A stretch of 63,194 nucleotides of DNA, the filler included, from Hyphochytrium catenoides (Eukaryota > Protista > Hyphochytriomycota), in NCBI GenBank assembly GCA_900088475.1. It is 9 parts of 9 records of this genome, joined end to end, with 100 filler letters (N's around TTAATTAATTAA, not from the genome) between each part and the next. Parts side by side here need not be neighbours in the genome. Positions count along the whole stretch, not along the records: positions 1 to 19,689 come from FLMG01000697.1; positions 19,790 to 32,869 come from FLMG01002705.1; 7 more parts are not named here. One strand, written 5' to 3'. How positions within the stretch are numbered: position 1 is the stretch's first letter; the number at the start of each line of letters is the position of its first letter. A program made the position numbers and the translations under genes. The notes below the pieces were generated by a model that was given only the letters and a program-made list of their open reading frames with translations, was not told where the DNA came from and searched no databases. This document shows positions 17,109 through 29,288 of the stretch, one piece after another.

Positions 17109-17419
17109 GACTGCGAGACTTAAAGGCGGGCGTGGACGACGAGAATGGAAGAAGGATGCAGCTTGACTAGCGATGGATGAAGAAGAAGAGAGACAGGGGA
17201 AGAGAGTAGGAAAGAGCAAACAAGTGCCAATGTGATGACAAGAGAGAGAGAGAGAGAGAGCGCAAGAGGAAGGTAGAGACAGGAGATGACGGTGAGATTT
17301 CTCTTCTCTTCGGCCGCTAAAGGTGGTTCTCGCTTGAGGAGAAGCGCAGTTTATGAATGAGCACAGGCGAGGAGAAGCACAGTGAGGATATGGGAGAGAG
17401 GAAGCAAGAGCAGACAGAT

Positions 17420-17680
17420 AAAGAGACTCAGAGACTCAGAGTTAGAGAGCCGAGTAAGAGAGTGAGAGAGTGAGAGAGTGAGATAGATAGAGAGAGAGAG
17501 AGAAAGAGAGAAAGAGAGAAAGAGAGGAAGAGAGAACGAAGAATGAGGAGAGAGAGCGAGCGAGCGAGAGAGAGCGAGAGAGAGAGAGAGAGAGAGGGAC
17601 AGAGAGAGAGAGAGAGAGCGAGAGCGAGAGAGAGAGGGAGAGAGAGAGAGAGAGAGAGAAAGAGATCGAAGAGAGGGATG
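17420..17680. repeat. (AG)n/(CT)n microsatellite tract, representative of many across about 8-58 kb
   Basis: Long interrupted GA runs. Similar tracts fill most introns and intergenic regions and flank most internal N gaps. Confidence 0.95.
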
Positions 17681-18076
17681 CTGAGGAAGAGACACAAAAC
17701 AGATTTTAGCGAAAAGGATTCCCTGGACGTTAACCGCTAACGATGGGGGCATTCTTCCTTTTTCCTTGGTTGATGATCATACGACGAATAGAGGAAGGGG
17801 AGAGAGAGAGAAAGGAGAGAGGTAGAGAGAGAGAGAGAGNNNNNNNNNNNNNNNNNNNNNNNNNNNNNNNNNNNNNNNNNNNNNNNNNNNNTATTGGTCC
17901 ATTGCCCTATCTTCGCTCTCCCGCTGGGGACCTGCGGCGCTGTCTCTGAATCTCAAGAAAGCATAAGAGAGAAGGCGTCTGCTGCTCTTGTCCTCTCTCT
18001 CTCCCTGAGAGGCATCAGCAGGAACAAACAGAGAACCTAGAGCTTGGTGAGCAACAGGAGAGAGAGAGAGAGAGTC

Positions 18077-19177
18077 ATGGAAGATGAAGGAGCAGGCGGA
18101 GCGGGAGAGGGTTCTCTCCCCTTCACCTTGGCTCAAGCCAAAGCCGCAGCGCTGAAGAATCTGACGGACGACAAGCTTGCAACTTTCGTCATTGGGAGAC
18201 AGAAGAAGTCCAAGTTTCAAAAGGTTCGGACGGCGGGAGACAAAGTGGGAGAGAGGGAGAGAGAGAAGAGAATAAGGGAGAGAGAGAGAGAGAGAGACAC
18301 CAGGAGAGAGAGTGAGAAGTGGGGAGGTGCCAGTGCGGAACTGTGAAGATGGATCAAGAGAAAGAGAGAGAGAAGATATCATCGCTCTCGAGTGAGAGGG
18401 AAGAAAGTTTAGAGATAGGGAATGAGAAAGCGAGGGCAGATCGCAAGAGAGATGCTGCGCAGGAGGGAACGCAGAGCATATGCTTGAGAAAAAGGAATGA
18501 CGAGCCCCAGGAGAGAGGGAGAGAGCAAAAAGAGAGAGAGAGAGAGAGAGAAAGAGACGGAGACAGATAGTGATACTGGTGGAGAGAAGGATCTTCGAGC
18601 AAAAGGAGAGGGATGATCAAGTGGGTAGAGGCTGAGAAGAGGCCGGAAAGACCCTGAAGAGAAGAGGAGAGAGAAAAAGAGAAAGAGAGGGAGAACGAGA
18701 AAAGCAGAGGTTATCGGAGGTTGAACGCGAGAGAGAACGCAAACAGCAAAGACGGGGAGGGGATGCTAATTCTGCCGTCCCACATTCAGGCAAAAGAGGA
18801 GGCTGAGGCTAAGAAGCGTCGAGCGGAAGAGGAAGCAGCGAAGATTTACGAGCAGTTCGTGGCCTCCTTCGAGCAGGATGACAAGCCCAAGACCTTCGTC
18901 AGAGGAGGGGTAAGCCAGGGAGAGGGAGAAAGAAAGAATAGGAAAGAGAAGGAAGAGAAAGAGAGAGAGAAAAAGAGAGACAGAGAGAGACAGAGAGAGA
19001 AGGGAGGGAGAGAGAGAGGAGAGGCGGGTTAAGTGCTCTGAGTGAGAGGCGACTGTAGCCCTCGACTGTCTAACTCTCTCTTTTGTCCTTTTTCGGCCTG
19101 ATTCTATCCTCCCTCTTCGCGCTTTCCCTTTTTCCTGTGAATCGTGCTCGGGATCTCCTACTGTCCGCTTAATTCGG

Positions 19178-19235
<58 letters not shown>

Positions 19236-19508
19236 TGTCTCTCTTCTCACTCCCGCACCCTTCAACCAGACTGTGAGTCATGGGATGGGTGCTGCCCCTC
19301 GTCCGAGCGCCAGCCCCGCTCCTCAGGCCAGAGAATATCGCTTCGGCGGCAGCATGAAAGGACTTTTTAAAGGAGAGGAAGACGAAGAAGAGGTGAAGCC
19401 GAAAGAGGAGAAGGGCCTCCTCCCTCCGCCAGTGCCGCCCAAGACGGGAAGACAGAGAGAGATCGACGCACTGCTTGATGAACTGAAGAAGAAAGAAGCA
19501 GAGAAATG
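18077..19508 (+). CDS. U2SURP: U2 snRNP-associated SURP protein (SR140), 5' part truncated by contig end
   Basis: Exons 18077-18223, 18790-18909, 19270-19508. Conserved N-terminal motifs KKSKFQK..EEAEAKKRRAEEEAAKIYEQFVASF..KTFVRGG and REIDALLDELKK. Confidence 0.8.
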
Positions 19509-19689
19509 GTAAGAAGACGAGAGGAGAAGACAGAAAAAGAGAGAGAGAGACAGAAAGTAAGGAGAGAGTAGAGTGGAAGGTGGAGGTGGAGGAAGTACTG
19601 TAGAAGGTACAGGGAGAGGAAACAGGAATTCTTCTGCGGCGCCACCCAAAAGTGATATCACTTTCTTTGTTTCTCTTTCCCTCTCTCTC

Positions 19690-19789
19690 NNNNNNNNNNN
19701 NNNNNNNNNNNNNNNNNNNNNNNNNNNNNNNNNTTAATTAATTAANNNNNNNNNNNNNNNNNNNNNNNNNNNNNNNNNNNNNNNNNNNN
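19690..19789. other. Artificial contig linker
   Basis: 44N-TTAATTAATTAA-44N. Identical linkers occur at 32870-32969, 39251-39350, 42922-43021, 53759-53858, 58001-58100, 59865-59964 and 62070-62169. Confidence 0.97.
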
Positions 19790-20576
19790 CTGATACATTG
19801 GCCAGGAGTCCGTTCAGTCCGGACACAAAGCCAGGAAACGATCCAAAGGCGGCTTGCACCCAGATGACGCTGCCTCCGTTCTCAGGGAGAAGAGAAGAGA
19901 GCTCTGCGGTCATCATCACCTGAAAAAGGAGAGAAGACATTAGCACCGAAAGGAAGAAAGAAAAAGAGAGAAGGCAGAAGATAAAAGAGAGATTAAAGAA
20001 GAGCTTCGGCCCAAAAGATTGAGAGTCGGGAATCAGGAAGGGGCAACCCAAAGCAAATAGATATCGAGAAAGACGACAGGCTACTGACGGCAAAGGGTTA
20101 GAAGACAGGATAGCGGAAGAAGGAGAGAAAGAGGGATGGGGACTAAGAGAGAGAGGAGAAAAAAAAAGAGGGAGAGAGAGAGAGAAGGGGAGCGGGGGAG
20201 AGAGACAAAGGGAAAGGGAGAGGAAAGATTCTTGGAACAAAGAAAAGAAGAGCACCCCGAGAGATAGATCACAGGATTTGAAAGAATCAAGGGTATCGAG
20301 GAACGAGGGCTTCCACCGCTTCTCTCCGACCTTCCCATTCTCCATTCTTTCTCTCTCTCTCTCTCTCTCCCCTCTCGCTTTTCTTTTTCTTTCTTTCCTT
20401 ACCTGGGGAAGCACCCAGGCGATCGGTAGGATGGCGAGAGCGATGAGAGTGTAGAGAGGACCTCCGGAGCGGACAGCGACCTCTATCCCATAAGGACCCC
20501 CGCAGACCAAAAAATAAGCGATAAAGGCTAGCTTTATAACCCCCAAGGGACGGGGATGGTGCTTTGGCGGCTCCGC
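19790..20576 (-). CDS. APC-family amino acid/polyamine permease, partial
   Basis: Exons 20403-20576 and 19790-19919 give AYFLVCGGPYGIEVAV..GP and AELSSLLPENGGSVIWVQAAFG, typical of PUT/LAT-like transporters. The start exon is uncertain (possibly near 20890-21060). The 3' end is cut by the linker. Confidence 0.88.
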
Positions 20577-21771
20577 CTGAGAGAGAGAGAGAGAGAGAGA
20601 GAGTCTCCTGAGCAATAAAGAGGTTGGAAAGGACTAGGAACACTAAAAAATCCTAGTAGAGACGAAGAATGGGACATAGGGAGAGAGGCACCAGTAGAGA
20701 GAGAAGAGAGAGAGAGAGAGAAAAGAGAGAGAGAAAAGAGAGAGAGAAAAGAGAGAGAGAGAGAGACAGAGAGAGAGACACACACAGAGAGAGAAAGAGA
20801 AGGGAGAGAGAGAGGTCTGTATCGTGCTTGCCAAGATAGAAGAGGAAAAGAGAGGGACTGATCCGGATGAGAAGCAGAGGAAGAAGAGCGCACATCGTAG
20901 ATCAGCGGCAGCGTATCCTTCAGTCCTGGACTAGCGCGATCATCGGAGAGAAGGACAAGCTCTGTTCCCCATCCTCGCTGTGTCTTTCTCTCTCTGTAGC
21001 CATCTGTGCCTGTGATTTGCTCAGGTGAGGACGAAGTCTCTCTCCCTCTTTTCACCTTGGAGCTCTATGGTCTTGCCTCCTGCCCTGTCGAGTGCTCTCG
21101 CTCCGTCTCTTCTTCTCTCTGTCTCTCTCTGTCTCTCTCCTTGTTTCTCTCTATTTCTTCTGGGCAACCTTTCCTTTGCTCTTCTCGCGTTCCTCTTTCT
21201 ATGTTTCTTTTTTCGTATTTCTTCTCTCTCTCTCTCTCTCTCTCACACTTCTCTTTCTGTCTCCCCTTCCCGTTAACTTCCTTCTCTCTCTCGCTTGGTG
21301 TTTCTCTCTCGCCTTCTACCCTTTGGCGCCTCTTCTAGTGGTCCTTGGCTTTCTCATCTCTCCTTCTGTCTTCTGGCTGAGGATAAAACTTCTCTCCTTA
21401 CCTTGGACGGCGCCAGCAGCATCCGCGACCCTTAGGGACGCGGGTGAAATGCTCATCAGAGAGAGGAAAAGACCTTTCTTGTTGATTCTCTCTTTCTCTC
21501 TCTCTTTTCGGTTCTCTCTCTTTCTCTCTCCCTTTAGTCGCAGCTTTCAGAGGTGCCGATGCAAGTTCCCTGCTGCGAACTCCCAGTTCATGGGAGAGGA
21601 TACGTGAGCATTGAGGGTGAGGGAGAAAGAGANNNNNNNNNNNNNNNNNNNNNNNNNNNNNNNNNNNNNNNNNNNNNNNNNNNNNNNNNNNNNNNNNNNN
21701 NNNNNNNNNNNNNNNNNNNNNNNNNNNNNNNNNNNNNNNNNNNNNNNNNNNNNNNNNNNNNNNNNNNNNNC

Positions 21772-21802
<31 letters not shown>

Positions 21803-21892
21803 GAGCCAGAGTGCGAGAGTGAGAGAGAGCGAGAGGGAGAGAGAGAGAGAGAGGCAGAGAAAGAGAGAGACAGAGACAGAGTGCGAGGGAGA

Positions 21893-21936
<44 letters not shown>

Positions 21937-22998
21937 AATTGTTGCCGCTAACGCTTAGGATTCAAAGGACACACGGAAGTGTCTTCAAGTTGACCGGCAG
22001 ACCTCCCCCAGGACATATAACATCATCAAGGATAGCGTTAGTGTTATAAGGGATAAGAGACGCATTATCTTGAACAGACAACCCAGGTTTGNNNNNNNNN
22101 NNNNNNNNNNNNNNNNNNNNNNNNNNNNNNNNNNNNNNNNNNNNNNNNNNNNNNNNNNNNNNNNNNNNNNNNNNNNNNNNNNNGAGAGGAAGAGAGGGAG
22201 AGAGATATGATGATTCTCTCTTGTCTGCATCTGGCTTCTCTCTCTCTCTTTCTCTCTCTCTCTCTCCTTGTCTCTCTCCCCCCTCTCTCTGCTGCTCTCG
22301 TTTGTATGTCTCTGTCCTCTGCCGCTCCCGCTCTCTCGCTTCGCTCTCTTCCTTGGTCTCTCTCCCTCGGTCCGTCCCTGGTGTCTACTTCTGAGTCCGT
22401 GGGAGAGGACTGAACTCCTTCCACCTCTCTCTCTCTCCCTCCTTCTCCCCGTATCCCGCTCGCCCATCGCCGCTCTTCTCTCTCTCGTTCGACCGCTTTA
22501 TCTTCTTCGTCTCTTCCTTCCCCTCTCGCCTGTGGACCTGCTGGCACTCTCGGCACTTGTTTCCTGCTCTGAGGCTCCTGCTAGAAGTCTAGAGGCTGCT
22601 GAGGCCTCGGATAAACCGCCTTCTTCTTTCTCTCCTGCTCTCTCTCTTCTGTCTGTCTCTGTCTGCCTCACGCTCCCTCTCTCTCTCCCCTTTCTCTCTC
22701 TCTCTCTCTCTGTCTCCTCTCCTTTATTGTCCTGCGTCTTTCCCAGCTCAAGTTGATCCTCTTCCCACAGATCCATCTTTCCTCTACTTCTCGATATCAC
22801 TCTCTTCTTCTTAGCATGTAGTCTAAGAACACTGTTAGACTTTCTTGTCTTTCTGGCAGGACATGCCGGCAAGAAGAAAAAGAGAGAGAGTGTGAGAGAG
22901 AAAGAGAAAGAGAGAGAGAAATGGGAAAGTGAATTCAAATCTTAGCCTTAGTGGCTCTCTCTCTCTCTCTCCCGTCCTAGACTAGTGTGAAGGGCCAG

Positions 22999-25900
22999 AT
23001 GGCTGCAGAGCCAGACTTTGGCCTCACAAAGGCTGAAAGCCTGGGAACTGATCCTGCGGGAGAGAATGGAGACTCTTCTCCTCCTCCTTTTTCTCCTCTC
23101 CCCAGCGCCGCAGCGACCTCTTCTTCTATGATAAGCGGAGAAGAGACAGCGGGAGAGGGAGAGGCTGTTTCTCTCCCTCGGAAAAGCTCCTTCTCTCGTA
23201 GAACTCTAGAGAAAGAGAGAGAAAGAGAGACAATGTCCGACAACATGACAAGCCAGCCATTAAACTCTTCCCGCTCCTCTGAAAGCAAAAAGCCCAGACA
23301 TTCCCGGAGTCTTCGCTCTTACCTTCCTCTTGTTCGCACTCGACAGGTGGGGAAGAGCGTCAGAGGCGGCAAGGTGGTGGATATTAAGCCGTTGATAGCG
23401 CAAGCCATGACTTCTCTCTTGGAGGAGACGAGAGAGAGACAGCAAGACGCCTTCCCTCCTCTTCATATCTCCGCCACGACTGTTTACGTGGTAGTGCGGC
23501 GTTGTGCGGAGTTGCCTAACCTCCAGCCAGAAGGTAGAAGGAGGAGAAACGAGAAAGAGAGAGAGAGAAAAAGGGAGAGAGATCAAAGACACAGAGAGAG
23601 AAACACAGCACTTGTGTGAGAGAGAAAAAGAGAGCTAGCTATCGAATAGAGAGAGCAGGGGAAGGTGTTACAAGCTTGGCTGTCTTCTTGTCAGTTCCTC
23701 TCCGTCCACTCTAGTCTAGTGACTTGATTCCTCTTTTTGCCCATATTTTCTCTCCTACCACTCATTCTCTCTCTCTCTCTCCCTCTCTCTTTCTCACATT
23801 TCTCCTCTCTTAACTATAGACATTCCTCCATCTCCGACTGTGGAGCTGCGAGTTGGTGCGTTTGCCCCTGAGGGCCTGGCCATCTTTGGCTCGAATGATA
23901 ACTTTGACTTGGATCCCGTGGGACCCTGTCAGGTGACCAGTGTCGTTGATGGGGTAAGTGACAGAGGATAAAGAGAGGTAGAGAAAGAAAGGAGAAGAGA
24001 GAGAGAGAGAGAGAACACAGAGAGAGAGAGAGAAAAACGAGGAATGGAGCCCGAAGGGGAAGAGGTAAAGAAGGCAGAGAGCGATGCGGAACTCGAGAAG
24101 AAGGCAAAGGAAGATGACACCGAATGCCAGAGATATGCTATTCACCTTGCGACGGGCTTTGTGTCTTCTCCTATACCTCTCTCTCCCGTTGTCTCGCTCT
24201 CGTTCTCTGTTCCTCCCTTTCCTTTCTCTCTTGCGCGCGCGTGCTCCTTTGTCTCTTTTCTACCTCTTTCTTTGACAGGATAATATTGCTACTTGGAATG
24301 AGGTGGTGGTGGCAGCTGTTCCTCCCCAGTTAGAGTCTCCCGCGTTAGCAAAGGATGCAGCCATGAGGCTTGACCTTCTTCACATCCCGGAGGCGGTTGG
24401 TGAGCTCTTCTTCTTCCTCTCTCAGTCTCTGTATCTCTGTCTTTTCACTCTCTGTATCTCTCTTTCTTTCTCTCTCCTCTCTTGATCCTTTGTTGTCACT
24501 TTATCCCCGTTCGCTTTGTTGATCTCTTGCCTGTCTACTCTCAGCTGTCAGTTGCCCTTACTTTAGGCCATTGCGTTGGTTTACTTTGATATCAATGACT
24601 CGATTTCCTCTCTTCTTTTTCTCTCAGCTAGTCTCGCAAGGTTCATCGCTTTGTGCCCCTCTCTCTCTCTCTCTTGCTCTCTATCAATCTTTCTCTCTGT
24701 TTCTCTTCTTTCTCAATCTCTATTCTCTCTCTATCTACCTATCTATCTATCTCCTTCGTCGAAACTCTTCTCTTTGCTATTTTTGTGACACTATGGCGCT
24801 CTAAGTCCGTCGTCGTTGTCTCTCTTCCAGAGGAACCGTCCAGGAAGCTTGGGTTCGTCATCCTCCCTCTCTCTCTCTTCCTCACCAACCGAGAGTACAG
24901 TCTGGATCTTGCCACGCCTTTCCCAAACTGTTTCCTGACAGTCACAATATTTATTAGAGAAAGGTAGGTTCTTAGGAGAGATAAAAAAGAGAGAGCAGAA
25001 ACAGAGAGAGAGAGCAGAAACAGAGAGAGAGAGCAGAAACAGAGAGGAACAGAGGGGTACAGAATGAGAATAAGGAGAGAAAACAAGGGAGATGGATAGA
25101 AACAGACAGACAAACAGAGACGAGGTTATAGAAGAGGCATCATTTTGGATAACAAGAGACAAAGCCAGCAGGGAAGAGAAATGAGCCAGAGCTTGCAGGT
25201 TGGGAAGAGAAGGTCCATCTGAGGTGGAAGCAGGATTAGACTCTGACAGGAACTCTACAGCTACGCATCCTCGAAGGAGCTAAACTAGTTCTTTGCGTCC
25301 TCTCTCTCTCTCTCTCTCCTTCTCTCTCTCTCTCCTTCTCTCTCTCTCTCTTTTTACCCTCCTGTGCTTCTACTTTATCTTGGTCTGCATCAGCGTCTCT
25401 AAGGAGTCGGCGTACTTTACAGCGCGCTCTTCTCCCCCTCTCCAACGCCTGGAGTTCCGTCTGGGCGGCCTGTCAGGGGAGCTGGTGGACGGAGTGTCGG
25501 AGTACGTGGCGCAGTGCAGGCTCATCAACAGGAACTCAGCCCAACAGGCCATTGCTGGGACCAATCCTGGACTGGTAAGAGAGAGAGAGAAAAAGAAAGA
25601 GGGGGAACGCCCAGAGAGGACGGACCAGGAGTGAGGAGGCACAGAAGAGAGAGAAAACAGTTGATTCTGGCCCACAGTGTCTTCCGCTTTCTCTCGCTGG
25701 CCACACATCTTATGCTATGAATCTCTTGCTTCCAAGATGAAATCCGCCCTTCTTCTCTTTTGTCATCCTACTCACCTGACTCTCTTCTCATTCCCCGTCT
25801 CTCTTCTCCCTCCTTTCTCACCTCTCTTTTTTTCTCTCTCTCTCCCTCTCATTCTGTCATTCGTTCTCTCTTGACGTGTGTGCAGGATCTGTTCTCTACA

Positions 25901-28900
25901 CAGGTCACAGACACTGCGACAGCGACCCATCTCTTCAAGCTAGATCAATCAACTCCATCGGTCATGGCCACCACGAGAAGAGTCTCTCCTTCATCAGCAC
26001 CAGTTAGCGGTTGGTCTTCCTATTCCATCCCTTCTTTTTCTCTCTTCATGCGCTCTCACTGTTCTCTCTCTCCCTCTCTTTCTCTCTCTCGGTCTCTCTT
26101 TCTTTCACTGGTCCGAAATCTCCTGGGTTTTAACAGCTATTCCGAGGTCCTGTGTGCGAGCCAGGCGGTCTCAGTCGTGTCTATTCTCTCCCCAACTTTC
26201 AAAGTTTTCGATGGAGACGGTGTCCCTCTTTCCCCACATATCCAGAACTCTCTCTTCCTCTCTCTCTCTCTCTCTTTTTCTTCTCACTTCTTCTCTCCTC
26301 TCTGTCCCTCAGGTCTCGATCCCACATGGAACTATCCCATGCTCTTCGATGTGGACGCGGGCTCTATGGTGAAGGGTGATGAATTTGGTCCAAAGACGAT
26401 AACAAAGGACAACGCCTGCATCTTGATCCAGCTCTTTGCGCCTGAGACCCGTAAGAAGTTAGAGTTCTCTCACTTTTCTCGCTATCAGTGTTTATTCATT
26501 GTCTTCTCTCCTATCCCTCCCTTTTCTCTCTTTGTGTTTTCTCTCTCTCTCTCATGTCTCCTTTTCTTTGCGCTTTTCCTCTCTCTCTTTGTTGTATCTC
26601 CTTTCTCTTTTGGCGTCTTGTTCTCTTCCCTTCCTTTCAATCTATTCTCTCTCTCTCTCTCACTCCGCTTCTCCTCCTGTTCCACTCCCATTTCCTACCC
26701 TGTGTATAGTTCTCTTTACTCTTTCTCTACACTGCTAGCTTGCAGTCTCTTGATGTCCAATAATCTGCCTTCTTTCTCAAGTCTTTAGTCTGCGCGGCTT
26801 TCAGTATTTTCCCTCGCCTTTAGTCTTTCCTTTCTCTCCTACACCGACATTTCCCGCTCTCCCCTCCGAAGCAAAAAAAGCCTCCTCCTTTGCCTTTCTT
26901 CTTTTCCTATTTCTTTCTCTCTCTCTCTCTCCATCTCTCTCCTTCTCTCTTTCTCCCTTTTTCTCTCTCTCTCTCTCCGTCTCTCTCTCTTCTCTCTTCC
27001 TCTCTTTCTCTCTCTCTCTCTCTCGCTCTCTCTCTCTCTCTCCTTTCTCTTGTATCTATATCTATCTAGCTCTGTAATTGTACCTCTCTCTCTCTTTAAA
27101 TAAAATTGCAAGTGTCTTCCTCACTTTCCCCGCTCTCACCACTTGCAGCAACCGTCTGGCGCTTCATCGCATACACCTTGCTTCCTATATCTAGAGAAAC
27201 TCTGTGCGACGGGAGAGAGAGGCCACTGTCGGAAGCTTCAGTCATCACCGTGGCCGTGGGAGCCCCGACGAAGCCTGTGAAGCTTAAGAGTATGGCCAGA
27301 CTCTGGGATAGCTCACAGTTCTTGAGGTCGAGGATCCTGTTCCTTCTCACTTAGTTATCTTGGGAGGTCTCTCTCTCTCTGTCGTTTGCTGTCTGCCTAT
27401 CTCTTGCCTATCTCTTTCTCTTCTTTTTCTCCCTCTCTTTTCTCTCTCTATATATATGACTGACCTGGCCCCACTCCGTGGCAGGCAAAGTCAATCCTGA
27501 TGCTTCTTTCTCTCTTCTGTCTCTTTTCTACTCTTTACCTCTTTCTCTTTTCTCGCTCGGTGCCTCTCCTGGTTGTCGTCTCCTTCTTCCTCTCTCTCTT
27601 CTCTATGCTCTCTCTTTCGCCCGCTTGCACTCTCTCTGACTCCTCTATGTCTTCGCGTCGGCTCTCTCAGTCCCCATCTCTCAAGGTCCTTCGTTCTTCT
27701 ATGTTTCTTTCTGTCTTTACTAACTTGTTTGTTCCTCACTTCGTGTACTTCCTCTTACTTCCTCTTTCTCTCTCTCTCTCCTTCTCTCTCTTTCTTTCTC
27801 TTTCTCTCACACACTCTCTCTCTCTTTTTTATAGAGCCATGCAGAACAAACCAGAGCCTCTTTCCACTGTGGTTGTCCTCCCGTGGATGGGTCCAATTGT
27901 CACCTATGCGCGCTCTTCTTCTAAGCTTTCCCTGTTTACCGTCATTGGAGGCGTGGGCGGCCTTCTGGCGGAGTTACTGGTGACATTCGTTCATAGAAGC
28001 CAGAAAGATAGGAAAGGAGAAGAGGCAGAGACGAAGGAGGAAGAGAAGAAAGAAGAAGAGACGAAAGAAGAAGAGAAGAAAGAAGGAGAGAATGAGCCAC
28101 TGAAGGAGGAAGAGAGAGGTGATGAGGCCAAAGAGAACGAGAATGGAGAACTTTCAGCGGCTGACAAAGACCAAGCGGAGGTAGCAGAGAAGAAGGAAGA
28201 CGAACAGGAAACTAATGCAACAGAAGAGATAATGCAAGCAAAGGAGAGTGAGAACATGTCAGAGAAACAAAAGACAGACCAGGAGTCGCCTCCCGCTCAA
28301 GAGAAAGAGGAGAAAGAGATAGAAAGTCCAAAGAGCCTCCCTCCCCCTCCCCCTCCTCAGCCTTCGGACGCCAGTGCGGAGAAGGAGGACGATCAAAGAG
28401 CAGATAGTGGTAAGTCCCTCTCTTTCTCCCTGCTCTTCTTCCTCTTTCTCTCTTCTCTTTCTTTACAGCCCTCTTGCTCTTGCTCCTCTCGTGCCCGCTC
28501 TTGTTGTTTCACACTCTGTTTCTCTCTCTCTTTCCCTCCTTGTGTGTCTCGCCTGTGTGAGTCTCTCTGTTCTTCCCAATCAGGACAAAATTGCTAACTG
28601 CGTTCCCCTCCTAGTCCCGCCTGGTTATGTGCTCCTCGCTGAGGCAGATCTGGCTCTTCTGCAGCAACAACTGGCTCGACTAACCAAAGAATCAACTGAA
28701 AGACAGCAGCTTATGAACAAGGCAAGAGAGATAGATAGAGAGAGAGAGACGTCTCTCCTTTCTGACGTCTTATATCGTCTCCGTTCTATTTTCTGTTCAC
28801 CGCCTGCTTCTGTTTCACTGATCGGTCGCTCATCTGTCTGTCTCTCTCTCTCTCTCTCTCTTTGTTCCAACCCGCGTTTCTCTCTTGTAGCTTCAGAATG

Positions 28901-29250
28901 AGCTGCAGAAGCGCACAGAGGCGGTTCGGCAATGTGGAGTGGATCTAGCAAACTATCGGGTCTCTCTTCTCTCTCCCTAGTCTCCCCTTCTCTCTCTCTC
29001 TCTCTCTCTTCTCAGCTCTGCTCTTTCTGCAACTATGACATTTTTCTTAACCTTCCCTTTGCCGACCTCTGTTGTCCTTATTAACCCTCTTACTCTTTCT
29101 CTTACCCTCTCTCCCTCTCCGTTGTCTCTCGGTCTCTTTCTCTATCCCGTAAGCCAGACGTTTTCTCACGGTCACTGGTTCTCTTGTCCTTTACTTATTC
29201 GGTTGTTTTTTACATTACAATGCAATGCAAAGTCCACCTCTCTACACACA

Positions 29251-29288
<38 letters not shown>

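Noticed and set aside
19734-19745. Recurring TTAATTAATTAA palindrome (8 copies)
   Set aside because: Always centred in exactly 100 bp with 44 N on each side and has stops in all frames. It is a contig-joining linker, not biology.
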